The notes below the pieces were generated by a model. It did no database searches, was not told the origin of the DNA, and saw only the letters and a program-made list of their open reading frames with translations. From Candidatus Saccharimonadales bacterium (GTDB lineage Bacteria > Patescibacteriota > Saccharimonadia > Saccharimonadales > Saccharimonadaceae), in the NCBI GenBank assembly GCA_044341315.1, contig JBIIRX010000001.1, positions 1 to 32,572 on the forward strand: a stretch of 32,572 nucleotides of DNA, in the 5' to 3' direction. Of this stretch, positions 16,918 to 25,139 are shown piece by piece. A program made the position numbers and the translations under genes. Each line of letters begins with the position of its first letter. Within the stretch, counting starts at the first letter, position 1.

Positions 16918-17124
16918 ATGATAAAAGAAAATGTCGCAAAAATCCTCGATACTGAAGTCGAACGAAAAGACTTCCTTAAACTAGTTGGCCTCGGGGCCGT
17001 TGCAGCAGTTGGTGTTGGCTCGATTTTAAAGGCCGTTACTCCTTCGCAAACTCGCCCTAAAACCGCAAGCGTCGATCACGGCTATGGTGGCATGGCCTAC
17101 GGTGGCGTAAAGCCAACCCGCTAA
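16918..17124 (+). CDS. 68-aa protein with a Tat-like signal (ERKDFLK) and a C-terminal GYGGMAYGG
   Basis: x-R-K-x-F-L-K followed by a Gly/Ala-rich h-region; lies directly upstream of tatA. Confidence 0.8.
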   Translation: MIKENVAKILDTEVERKDFLKLVGLGAVAAVGVGSILKAVTPSQTRPKTASVDHGYGGMAYGGVKPTR

Positions 17125-17134
17125 CCTGGCTCCC

Positions 17135-17163
17135 TTGCATTTTTAAGGTAAGCGCGTTACCAT
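17135..17163 (+). promoter_or_regulatory. putative tatA promoter
   Basis: TTGCAT-N17-TACCAT overlapped by the palindrome GGTAA-GCGCG-TTACC; AGGGAG SD downstream. Confidence 0.45.
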
Positions 17164-17198
17164 AAAGGTAATTACTTTATAGGGAGTTCAATACAGAC

Positions 17199-17372
17199 AT
17201 GTTCGGATTAGGCGCACCAGAGCTTATCATCATCCTCGTTATCATCCTCGTTATCTTCGGTGGTTCACAGCTACCAAAGCTAGCTCGAAGCCTTGGCACC
17301 TCCGCCAAAGAACTTCGCAAAGGATTGAAGGACGACGACAAAAGCGACAAGAAAAAGACAGAAGTCAAATAA
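17199..17372 (+). CDS. tatA: twin-arginine translocase subunit TatA (57 aa, below the ORF-track cutoff)
   Basis: MFGLGAPELIIILVIILVIFGGSQLPKLARSLGTSAKELRKGLKDDDKSDKKKTEVK: TM helix, FG hinge, LP, amphipathic helix. Confidence 0.93.
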   Translation: MFGLGAPELIIILVIILVIFGGSQLPKLARSLGTSAKELRKGLKDDDKSDKKKTEVK

Positions 17373-17411
17373 ATAAAAAACTGGCAGAACCTACTGCCAG
17401 TTTTTTATTTA
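17370..17411. terminator. bidirectional intrinsic terminator
   Basis: Perfect inverted repeat TAAATAAAAAACTGGCAG-AACCTA-CTGCCAGTTTTTTATTTA between convergent tatA and the MFS gene. Confidence 0.92.
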
Positions 17412-17415
17412 GTGC

Positions 17416-19104
17416 CTACATCTCACCGGGAGTTGCGTCTGGTGAAGCCGATTTGAGCCGGCGCTCTTTCAAGCCAAATACCAGGATAGTTGAAATTCCA
17501 ATCATGATCGATGCAGTAATAAAAATACGCTGGAGGCTGTCAGAAAATGCGTCCGTCACCTTGCTGGCGAATTCTTTCTGCTGAGCCATAAAAACGTCCA
17601 GGGCGCGTTGCCGAGCAGGTTCAGGGAGGGTATCGATCTGCTTGGTTGCCGCGTCAGTAATTTGTCCCTTAACGTCCGGCGTATTTATCGTCAATAACGT
17701 GTTTGCATCATCAAGTGAACCGATTTGCGATGCTTGTGGATTGCTTGCAAGTGATTGCACATAGGCTGTCTTTTGCATATCAGGGGCCTGAGACAAAATA
17801 CCGGCTGTGAGCATCGCACCAAAGACTGCCGTACCTATTGTTGAACCAAGGCTTCGGAACAGTTGGTTTGAGCTCGTCGCAACACCAAGATCTTTTTGCT
17901 CAAACTCATTTTGCACCGCCAAGGTAAGCACCGGCATACCAACACCCATACCGAGGCCGAGAATGACCATCACCACTGCTTCGTACGCATATGAGCTATC
18001 GGCGTTAAGGAATGACATACCTATCATGGCGAGGGTCGCAACACTAAACCCAATCTGCATGAAGATCTTGTAGCGTCCAGTGCGCGAGATGATTTGCCCC
18101 GCACCAATACTCGTAATCATAATACCCGCTACCATTGGAAGGAGCATCAGGCCAGACTCAGTTGGCGTTGCACCAAAGACCTGCTGATTAAACTGGGTGA
18201 GGTACAAAATTGACCCCATGAAAGCCGCACCGAACAGGCTCGCGATAATAAGAATTGAAACAAAGTTACGGTTCTTAAAGAAGCGAAGCGGAATAATCGG
18301 GTCTTGAGCTTTATGCTCGGCATAGATGAAGCCGGCGGTAGCAAGCCCGACAATCGAGAAGAGGATGATACGTAGTCCCTCAAGGCTCATACCCGTTGCA
18401 TTCAAGAAATCTGCAAAGATTACATCCGTGTTATCAACCGCAAAGATCAGTGTTGCAAGGGCAACCGAAAGCAGCCCAGCACCCCAATAGTCGATTTTCG
18501 CTTTGGCAGCATGGCGAAGCGCCGGTGTGTAAATAGCAATCAAGATAAAAGCGATAATACCTACCGGGACGTTAATATAGAATGTCCAGCGCCAATCAGT
18601 AGTAATACCAAAGAGGCCGTGGCCATCAGTGAGCCACCCACCGAGGAGCGGCCCTACTACCGAGCTGAGTCCAAACACAGCCCCAATCAGCCCCTGCCAC
18701 TTGCCGCGTTCACGGGCGGCGAATAGGTCTCCAACAATAGTGAAGGCATTGGCCGTTATAATACCGCCACCAATACCTTGAAGCGCGCGCCACGCGACCA
18801 ATTCGGTAACCGAGCCACTCAGCCCACTCATCAAAGAGGCGATTGCAAATACCGCCACACCGACAAGTAGGATACGGCGTCGGCCGAATAAGTCAGACAA
18901 TTTACCGGCAATCGGCACCGTTAAGGTGGTGGTGATGAGATACGCCGTTACAATCCAGCTTAGCGAGCTGAACGCATTAAATTCTTCGACGATTTTACCA
19001 AGTGCGGTCGCAATAATAGTTTGATCAAGAGCGACCAGAAACAAACTGGCCATGACCGAGATCATAATGATTAACTTGCGCCGGAGGCTCAAGTGATGAT
19101 GCAT
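17416..19104 (-). CDS. DHA2 (EmrB/QacA) family MFS efflux transporter
   Basis: LDQTII, WIVTAYL, GKLSDLFGRR, RALQGIGGG, GPLLGG, WRWTFYINVPVG; AAGGAGG SD. Confidence 0.93.
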   Translation of the reverse strand: MHHHLSLRRKLIIMISVMASLFLVALDQTIIATALGKIVEEFNAFSSLSWIVTAYLITTTLTVPIAGKLSDLFGRRRILLVGVAVFAIASLMSGLSGSVTELVAWRALQGIGGGIITANAFTIVGDLFAARERGKWQGLIGAVFGLSSVVGPLLGGWLTDGHGLFGITTDWRWTFYINVPVGIIAFILIAIYTPALRHAAKAKIDYWGAGLLSVALATLIFAVDNTDVIFADFLNATGMSLEGLRIILFSIVGLATAGFIYAEHKAQDPIIPLRFFKNRNFVSILIIASLFGAAFMGSILYLTQFNQQVFGATPTESGLMLLPMVAGIMITSIGAGQIISRTGRYKIFMQIGFSVATLAMIGMSFLNADSSYAYEAVVMVILGLGMGVGMPVLTLAVQNEFEQKDLGVATSSNQLFRSLGSTIGTAVFGAMLTAGILSQAPDMQKTAYVQSLASNPQASQIGSLDDANTLLTINTPDVKGQITDAATKQIDTLPEPARQRALDVFMAQQKEFASKVTDAFSDSLQRIFITASIMIGISTILVFGLKERRLKSASPDATPGEM

Positions 19105-19117
19105 AGTAATGCCTCCT

Positions 19118-19345
19118 TTACTTTTTCAGAATATCTTTGTACTGTTCGATGTTGTCGGTTAAGTGTGCGACGAGCTCGCGGAGTTGATCTTCTTTAAGAA
19201 AACCGACCCACTTTGCCTTAAGCGAACCCACTACATACAATCGATCTCCTGTTTGGATATCGAGTGCTTCGCGGGCTTCAGCCGGTATGACTACCTGCCC
19301 TTTCGTTCCCACCGTTGCCGTACCGAATAGTTTTTTATCATGCAT
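19118..19345 (-). CDS. AbrB/MazE/SpoVT-family DNA-binding protein
   Basis: TATVGTKGQVVIPAEAREALDIQTGDRL. The start is the ATG at 19345. Confidence 0.9.
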   Translation of the reverse strand: MHDKKLFGTATVGTKGQVVIPAEAREALDIQTGDRLYVVGSLKAKWVGFLKEDQLRELVAHLTDNIEQYKDILKK

Positions 19346-19354
19346 ACTATAGAA

Positions 19355-19395
19355 AGTATACGACCAGTATGAAATGTATGTCAAGTATGAAATGT
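19355..19395 (-). promoter_or_regulatory. promoter with tandem direct-repeat operator
   Basis: TTGACA-N18-TATACT; plus-strand AGTATGAAATGT at 19366-19377 and 19384-19395. Confidence 0.75.
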
Positions 19396-20445
19396 CTAAC
19401 GAATACGCCGCATACCGCTATGGGCACTTTGACGATTCGCACGGCGCAGACGACCACCGCCACCACGCTTATTACGTCGAACGAGATAGTACACAAGTGC
19501 GGCAATACCGAGCACCAGCAGTGCAGCCACGACAATCGCAATAATAATCATATACTGTGGAATTACCCAGAACGATTGCGATACTTCAATAGTTTGGTTT
19601 TTGCTTCCGTAGGTGAAGGTAGCACTGACGGTATAATAGCCAAACTCACCAATGTTCTTCAGTGGGATCTCCCAACGGCGGGCACTATCAGGCAGTACCA
19701 GTTCTTTAGGGCTTTGGGTGTTGAAGTCGGCGTCGTAGACAACCGTATCGCCCTGTGTCACCGACACCTTACCGAATGGGCCAAGCTGGACGTTGCCCAT
19801 GTTCTGGAAACGGAAGTAGGCCTTAAGGTCGTTCGAGGTACGAAAATCGGTACCTTTTTTATCACCCTGACGGATTTCAAAGTCAGTTAGCGAAAGCTTT
19901 TCCTCAGTCGGGCCGGGCACATTTAAAAGAATCAGCGACGCGACGCTAGCGCTGAGATTTACCTGTCCACCGGTCGTAGGGTCGGTTGGGGCGAAGCGGA
20001 TCGCTCCAAAGTACCCACCGGCTTGGGCATTGGCTGGTACGGTAATAAGGACATCAATGGTACGACCCTGGTTGGCTGGAATATCAAAGTCAGGTACAGC
20101 TGTCATGAAGCGCTTCAAGCTGTGCGTTGGAGCGTATTCATCAGCATCAAGAATGAGTGCTGGCGAGCCGTCTTCTTGTGGGCTGGCAATAAAGTCGTTT
20201 GAGACTGCACGGACAGTGATCTTATTATTGGTAACATTCGCTACCGTCACACGAACGGTTTGGCGTTCACCTGGTTTAATCTGGATGTCTGAACGAACCG
20301 GCGTGACGCGCAGCGTATTTGCGCTTGAAGTGGCCGACTGCGCATGCACCTCACCTAATGGCTGTAGCCCCGCCAAAAAGCCTGCAATCACCAATACTGC
20401 TGCAAATAGGCCAGCGTACCTTTTCCCCTGTCGTTTCACCAACAT
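19396..20445 (-). CDS. DUF916/WxLIP-like (pilus-chaperone-like Ig) surface protein with a C-terminal TM anchor
   Basis: Signal peptide, IKPGERQTVRVTVAN, ITVPANAQAGGYFGAI, FQNMGNV, GYYTVSATFTYG, FWVIP, TM and Arg-rich tail. Confidence 0.75.
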   Translation of the reverse strand: MLVKRQGKRYAGLFAAVLVIAGFLAGLQPLGEVHAQSATSSANTLRVTPVRSDIQIKPGERQTVRVTVANVTNNKITVRAVSNDFIASPQEDGSPALILDADEYAPTHSLKRFMTAVPDFDIPANQGRTIDVLITVPANAQAGGYFGAIRFAPTDPTTGGQVNLSASVASLILLNVPGPTEEKLSLTDFEIRQGDKKGTDFRTSNDLKAYFRFQNMGNVQLGPFGKVSVTQGDTVVYDADFNTQSPKELVLPDSARRWEIPLKNIGEFGYYTVSATFTYGSKNQTIEVSQSFWVIPQYMIIIAIVVAALLVLGIAALVYYLVRRNKRGGGGRLRRANRQSAHSGMRRIR

Positions 20446-20505
20446 AGTAATTTTCCCATTTACCTAATTGTATCCATCATAACAGATATGGTTATGTTTG
20501 GAAAT

Positions 20506-20537
20506 GAAAAAGAAGTACCCCTATAGAAGGGGTACTT
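20506..20537 (-). terminator. intrinsic terminator after the 20574-21725 subunit gene
   Basis: AAGTACCCCT-ATAGA-AGGGGTACTT with a minus-strand T-run. Confidence 0.85.
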
Positions 20538-20573
20538 AAGAGTAATCGTAGTTGTTGGAAATTGGCGGACAAT

Positions 20574-21725
20574 CTAGAATTTACCGGTAGCAATCAGACT
20601 CAACTGAGCCGAGTAATTACCTGCAGGGGTATTTGGGGCAGTTGCCGCACCAAAGATAACCTCAAGGTTTTGGTTGCTTACTGGCTTGCTGTTGGTTGAG
20701 AAGAATGGGTCACCATAGGTACTGGTGACGCCTGACGTTTGGTTTGAGGCGTAGTTCAGTACAAACGTACTTGCATTATAGTCGTTCAGGCCAATCAGTG
20801 CGGCAGCGTCAGTTGGGTTAATTTTTGCCCCGAACTTTGCTTCACCGTCTGCAATACCCGTTTTTAATGCTGGAGCAATATCACAGTTCGTTGGACTACC
20901 GGCGCCAGAACCATCGCGGAGGAGACCGCCACAGCCAGCAGCGTTGCTCTTAAGGTTAACGATTGCACCGCTCGCAGCGTTGGTTGAAATCTGACCGTAG
21001 AGGCTTCCTGTACTTACTTCATTATCAAGGGCTACCACATCACCGGTCTTTTTACCAAGGCGCAGTGTTGGAGCTGGCAGTGTTCCTGTACAATTACCGC
21101 CGATCGTTGTTGGTGTTGGGTCGCCGTTGCCGTCCAGGGTTGGACCGGCAATACAGAAAGTCATACTTTCAAGTACAGCACCTGAAACATCGATGTTGTC
21201 AGTGATTGAGATTGCGGCGCTTCCGTTGTCAACGTAACTACCCAGTGTTGTTGCGTCACTATATGCACTCGCATTGGCGGTTGTGTAGCTCAAAATACGA
21301 GCATACAATGGGCCGCTCGCTGTCGGGTTCGTCACGTTTGTCAGTACGACAGTTTTTGGTGTACTTGCCGTTAGGCTCGTTGTCAGCTTAGTCGTATTTG
21401 CATCGACGCCTGTTACTGTCGCATCAGCTGAAGCAGCGCTTGCAACTGAAAATCCGCCTGGCGCTGTACAATCGGTGTTAATCAATGGTGAGTTTGAACA
21501 AAAATCCAATACAAATAGGTCAGCATTAGCTGCCGGCGTGAACGTTACACTGTAAGAAACACCCGTTGCCGCTTTCGCAGACGTACTTAATTCAATTGAA
21601 CGCTCCGTCAGCTGAGCTGCTGAAGCAAACGACGGTACCAACCCCGGCGTGATTGTAGCCAGCGCAAGCGCCGCCACTGCGAACAAAGATCCGACCCTCC
21701 GGCCGTACGATCTAATAGAAGACAT
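20574..21725 (-). CDS. secreted beta-rich WxL/pilin-like subunit (paralogue A, probable major subunit)
   Basis: Signal peptide (ASA), LTERSIELS, Cys pairs, C-terminus TPAGNYSAQLSLIATGKF; GAGGAG SD before the ATG at 21725. Confidence 0.75.
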   Translation of the reverse strand: MSSIRSYGRRVGSLFAVAALALATITPGLVPSFASAAQLTERSIELSTSAKAATGVSYSVTFTPAANADLFVLDFCSNSPLINTDCTAPGGFSVASAASADATVTGVDANTTKLTTSLTASTPKTVVLTNVTNPTASGPLYARILSYTTANASAYSDATTLGSYVDNGSAAISITDNIDVSGAVLESMTFCIAGPTLDGNGDPTPTTIGGNCTGTLPAPTLRLGKKTGDVVALDNEVSTGSLYGQISTNAASGAIVNLKSNAAGCGGLLRDGSGAGSPTNCDIAPALKTGIADGEAKFGAKINPTDAAALIGLNDYNASTFVLNYASNQTSGVTSTYGDPFFSTNSKPVSNQNLEVIFGAATAPNTPAGNYSAQLSLIATGKF

Positions 21726-21788
21726 ATCCACTCTTCTCCTCACATATTTTTAAAGTATTTTATTTGTTTTGTGTTATAAAACAGGCTC

Positions 21789-21847
21789 ATTGTACCACGA
21801 AGATGCTTATGGTTGTCAATAGATTTTCTCTCCACAAGTTATCCACA
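21789..21847 (-). promoter_or_regulatory. promoter plus DnaA box
   Basis: TTGACA-N19-TACAAT with a TG extension; TGCTTATGG at 21804-21812; TTATCCACA at 21839-21847. Confidence 0.65.
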
Positions 21848-21852
21848 GGTAT

Positions 21853-22776
21853 CTATTTGGCCTGGAACATATCCCGCTCTTTGAGCATCTTATTATGCAG
21901 CGCCACGAGTTGGCTTCGCCTACCAAGCCAATAGGCCGGTATGAGAAGGGCCACACTGGCCGCTGCCGGACCCCAGAGCACGCTTGTGGTGGTGGTTGGC
22001 GTTACATCGCTACTAGCACCGACCGCGGCTTCAGTTGGTTTGCCACTGGCAACGGCAATAACCTGTAAGAAAGCGCTGACACCGTTCACGTCGGTCACCC
22101 GAATATTAACCTGATAAATACCGGCATTCTTGTAGGTATGAGCGATGGTGATTGCGCCCGCAACCGGTGAACTCAAGAGCTGGCTTTCTCCCCCATCACC
22201 CCAGTCAATACTGAAAGCATACGGACCATTCCCACCGGTCAGCTGCAACGGCCAGGTTAATTCATTATTCACTGGTGCAGAACGGCGTCCAAACTGGCTC
22301 GTAAGCGTGATGAGCTGGCCAAAGGCCGTGAAACTCGTATCAGTATAGGTAACACTCACGGTATTTGAGGTTGGCCCTGCCTGCTCAAGCGAGTCAAAGC
22401 CAACCGCCGTTAGTTCGTTCACGCCCGCAAACAAGCTTACCTGTACGCTAAAACTGCCGCTGGTACACATCACCGAACCGACCATCACGCCGTTGTTATA
22501 GACCTGTACAAGCAAGTCATTAGGGCATATTCCACTCACCGTGATAGGCGAGTTTGAGAACGAGGCACCATTGCCCGGTGTCGTAATGGTTGGTGCCTGC
22601 GTTGGCGGCGGCTGGGTCTTCGTAGCAGCTAAGCCATACGAACCGGGAATTGGGTCGGGTGTTGGCAGCGCATTAATCGCGAAGCTCGAGCGGGCAAAAA
22701 CAAGTACACTTAGCAAACAGACTGCAATTGCTCCCGCCAATGCCCACTGCATATTCCGCACCATCGTGTGTATCAT
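21853..22776 (-). CDS. Ig-like + PKD domain surface protein with a C-terminal TM
   Basis: PTITTPGNG...ITVSG...LFAGVNELTA (Ig-like); FSIDWGDG...HTYKNAGIYQVNIRVTD (PKD). Confidence 0.8.
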   Translation of the reverse strand: MIHTMVRNMQWALAGAIAVCLLSVLVFARSSFAINALPTPDPIPGSYGLAATKTQPPPTQAPTITTPGNGASFSNSPITVSGICPNDLLVQVYNNGVMVGSVMCTSGSFSVQVSLFAGVNELTAVGFDSLEQAGPTSNTVSVTYTDTSFTAFGQLITLTSQFGRRSAPVNNELTWPLQLTGGNGPYAFSIDWGDGGESQLLSSPVAGAITIAHTYKNAGIYQVNIRVTDVNGVSAFLQVIAVASGKPTEAAVGASSDVTPTTTTSVLWGPAAASVALLIPAYWLGRRSQLVALHNKMLKERDMFQAK

Positions 22777-22825
22777 ACTACTGCTATTGTAGCCTGCCGT
22801 CTCATGTTCGAGAAGAGGGTTATGC

Positions 22826-23890
22826 TTACTTGCGACGACGTCGGGTTGAAGAAAGTGTTATCTTACCGTTATTACGGGCTTTAATCTTACGAACCAAACG
22901 CCAAATACCGAAGGCGATAGCAAGAAGAAGCAGCACAACAATGACCACAAACCAGAGCGGTAGGTACCAGAAGTGGGTTGTTTTTACGATTTCATTAGTA
23001 TTGTTGCCGTTCTGCCCATAGAACAGATCAAGGCTGGCGGTGTAGAGGCCTGGCCACAAGCCAGGTGAGGCGCATTGGTTGGCTGGCGCATTAGAACCCT
23101 GAAGGCTGACTTTGACTTCTTCAATCTTTATACATGCAGTGAAAGTACGCGTTTGTCCAATGAGTGCCAATGACTCGTTCGGGTTAATATCTGAAATTGT
23201 TGTTTCATGGCCAAACATATCACGAAGAATAATACTTCCTACTGGGCTGGCGGTGACATTACCTTTGTTTTCAATGGTATAGGCCAGTTGCTTTGGCTCG
23301 TCACCCATAATGTAGCGATAGCCATCATCGCCGCCTTGGGCATTAATGTCATAGGCACCAAATTTCTTCAAAAGGAGGTCTTCTTTTACCTGTCCTGGCA
23401 CAGAAATAAATGCGAGTGTGACACCTGAAGCCGCGAGCCCAACATTACCGCCGTCAGGAGCATTGGTTGAATAGACAATTGCGCTATAGTAACTCCCTGC
23501 TCCTTGGTTTGCTGGGATCTTCACGCCGATATTTACCGATTGTTGGCCACCAGCCGGAACCGTCACGCGCTCAGGAATATTCAAAAACGGCTTGGCTGAC
23601 CAGGTTTTTTGTGGCTCATTTGGATCGAGAAAAAGCTTTGGCGTTCCACCTTGGTCAGTAAAGGTAAAGTCAATGACACGAAGATATAATTCAAGCGGGC
23701 TCTGTGAGTCGATGTTTCGAATGAGAAGGGTGTCATTCACCGATTTCCCTGGATCAACAATGTAATTTTTTTTCGGAGCAATACTGAGTGCAGCCGACGA
23801 TTGTGCCTGGGCGGTGTGAGCCGGAAGTACATACGAAGCAAGCACTAAGACGGCAAGCGCCGATAGTACAATGCCTTTCAAGCGTTTCAT
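22826..23890 (-). CDS. second DUF916/WxLIP-like surface protein with a C-terminal TM anchor
   Basis: VDPGKSVNDTLLIRN, IPANQGAGSYYSAI, IENKGNV, GLYTASLDLFYG, FWYLP, TM and basic tail; paralogous to 19396-20445. Confidence 0.75.
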   Translation of the reverse strand: MKRLKGIVLSALAVLVLASYVLPAHTAQAQSSAALSIAPKKNYIVDPGKSVNDTLLIRNIDSQSPLELYLRVIDFTFTDQGGTPKLFLDPNEPQKTWSAKPFLNIPERVTVPAGGQQSVNIGVKIPANQGAGSYYSAIVYSTNAPDGGNVGLAASGVTLAFISVPGQVKEDLLLKKFGAYDINAQGGDDGYRYIMGDEPKQLAYTIENKGNVTASPVGSIILRDMFGHETTISDINPNESLALIGQTRTFTACIKIEEVKVSLQGSNAPANQCASPGLWPGLYTASLDLFYGQNGNNTNEIVKTTHFWYLPLWFVVIVVLLLLAIAFGIWRLVRKIKARNNGKITLSSTRRRRK

Positions 23891-23947
23891 TATTTCTTTA
23901 TTTCCTCATTTGTTACTGTTGTCGTAAGTATAAGCAACATTGTACCA

Positions 23948-25027
23948 TTAAAACCGCCCACTGGCTATGTAATTAATGGTGGTCGTATAGGTACCCGCCC
24001 TTAGGGTTGGACTAGCATTTAAGACGTAACTCACAGTAAACTTTCGCATCAGGCTGACGTTAGGTGAATAGGCGACAACATCACCTGACGCGTACTTGAA
24101 CTTATCTGGCTCGCCGTACCCAAGCGAAGGCATCGCATTCGTCCAATCACCTTCAGGGTCGGCGCCAACACCAAGGCCACTGTTCCGTACCAAATTTATA
24201 CCAAATTGGTTGGTACCTGGGAGGCTTTGGGTTGGCGTGCTCGGAGAATCAATTACGTTGGTTGCGGCAGCCGGTGCCGTGCCGTTCGCGATAATCACAA
24301 AGCCTGCCGAGGCGTTGGTACCTACCGCCATTTGTGACTGAGCCGTTAAGGTACCGTTCGGGTCGAGCGTTCCCATATCCGAGAAGTAGTTGCCGTTGGT
24401 GCTTGAGCAATTATCCTCCACTTCTTCGGCCGCACAGAAAATGAGCATTGGCGGCACCTGGGTTTCAAGCTGAATCGAAGTTGCTACCTGGCCTTTAATA
24501 GAACCAAAATCAATCTGTGGGCCAGTGCCATTTGTTGAAGCTAAGCTTTTTAAACGAACCGAGAATGATTGCGTTGAAACCGATGGGTTTTTGATATTAG
24601 AGAATGTATATGATGACTTTACCCCCCCACCGGCAATAACCTTTGGCATACGACTCAGCACAATATGGTTAGTTGTTTTTGTTTGTATCGAAAAACCCGT
24701 TTCACCGGATTGGCCAGTCAGAGTTGCCCCAGACACATCAAGCCCTGGTGGCACCTGACAGGGCATGTACGGAATCGGATCAACGCAAAACAGCATATCT
24801 ACCGACCCGACCGGCTGCGGGGTCATGTACTCGAAGGAGATAGTATACGAAGTGGTTGCATTCGGCTCGGTACTCTGCATAAACAGGCTTCGCTCAGAAA
24901 AACGCATTGGTACCGCTGCGAGCGGCATAATGAACAACAGCGCAAAAAAAAGTGCCAACGCCTCCTCAGTAACAATCGTGCGCCAGGTAAATAAAAACCC
25001 GTGCAGGCGATACAGCCTATGCTTCAT
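23948..25027 (-). CDS. secreted WxL/pilin-like subunit (paralogue B)
   Basis: FSERSLFMQS, FCVDP...C, GTNQFGINL, C-terminus LRAGTYTTTINYIASGRF. Confidence 0.75.
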   Translation of the reverse strand: MKHRLYRLHGFLFTWRTIVTEEALALFFALLFIMPLAAVPMRFSERSLFMQSTEPNATTSYTISFEYMTPQPVGSVDMLFCVDPIPYMPCQVPPGLDVSGATLTGQSGETGFSIQTKTTNHIVLSRMPKVIAGGGVKSSYTFSNIKNPSVSTQSFSVRLKSLASTNGTGPQIDFGSIKGQVATSIQLETQVPPMLIFCAAEEVEDNCSSTNGNYFSDMGTLDPNGTLTAQSQMAVGTNASAGFVIIANGTAPAAATNVIDSPSTPTQSLPGTNQFGINLVRNSGLGVGADPEGDWTNAMPSLGYGEPDKFKYASGDVVAYSPNVSLMRKFTVSYVLNASPTLRAGTYTTTINYIASGRF

Positions 25028-25072
25028 ATTGCTTATTGTACTAAATTACGTATCGCTCTCCTACTGCCCCGT

Positions 25073-25106
25073 AAAACAATACCCGGCTCGTATAAGAGCC
25101 GGGTAT
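25073..25106 (-). terminator. intrinsic terminator after the 25140-26903 subunit gene
   Basis: ATACCCGGCTC-GTATAA-GAGCCGGGTAT followed by TGTTTT on the minus strand. Confidence 0.85.
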
Positions 25107-25139
25107 GCTGATTGTTCCATTAAACGCTGTGAAGTAGGC

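Noticed and set aside
17229-17252. 12-bp tandem repeat ATCATCCTCGTT x2
   Set aside because: It encodes IILV-IILV in the TatA TM helix; it is not a CRISPR or regulatory repeat.
19118-19345. AbrB/MazE protein as an antitoxin of a TA pair
   Set aside because: There is no adjacent toxin ORF; the downstream gene is an MFS pump.
19315-19890. 191-aa plus-strand ORF and similar long shadow ORFs (24765-25289, 30243-30812, 4938-5456, 6418-6888)
   Set aside because: They are antisense or out-of-frame to well-supported genes and have no recognisable motifs.
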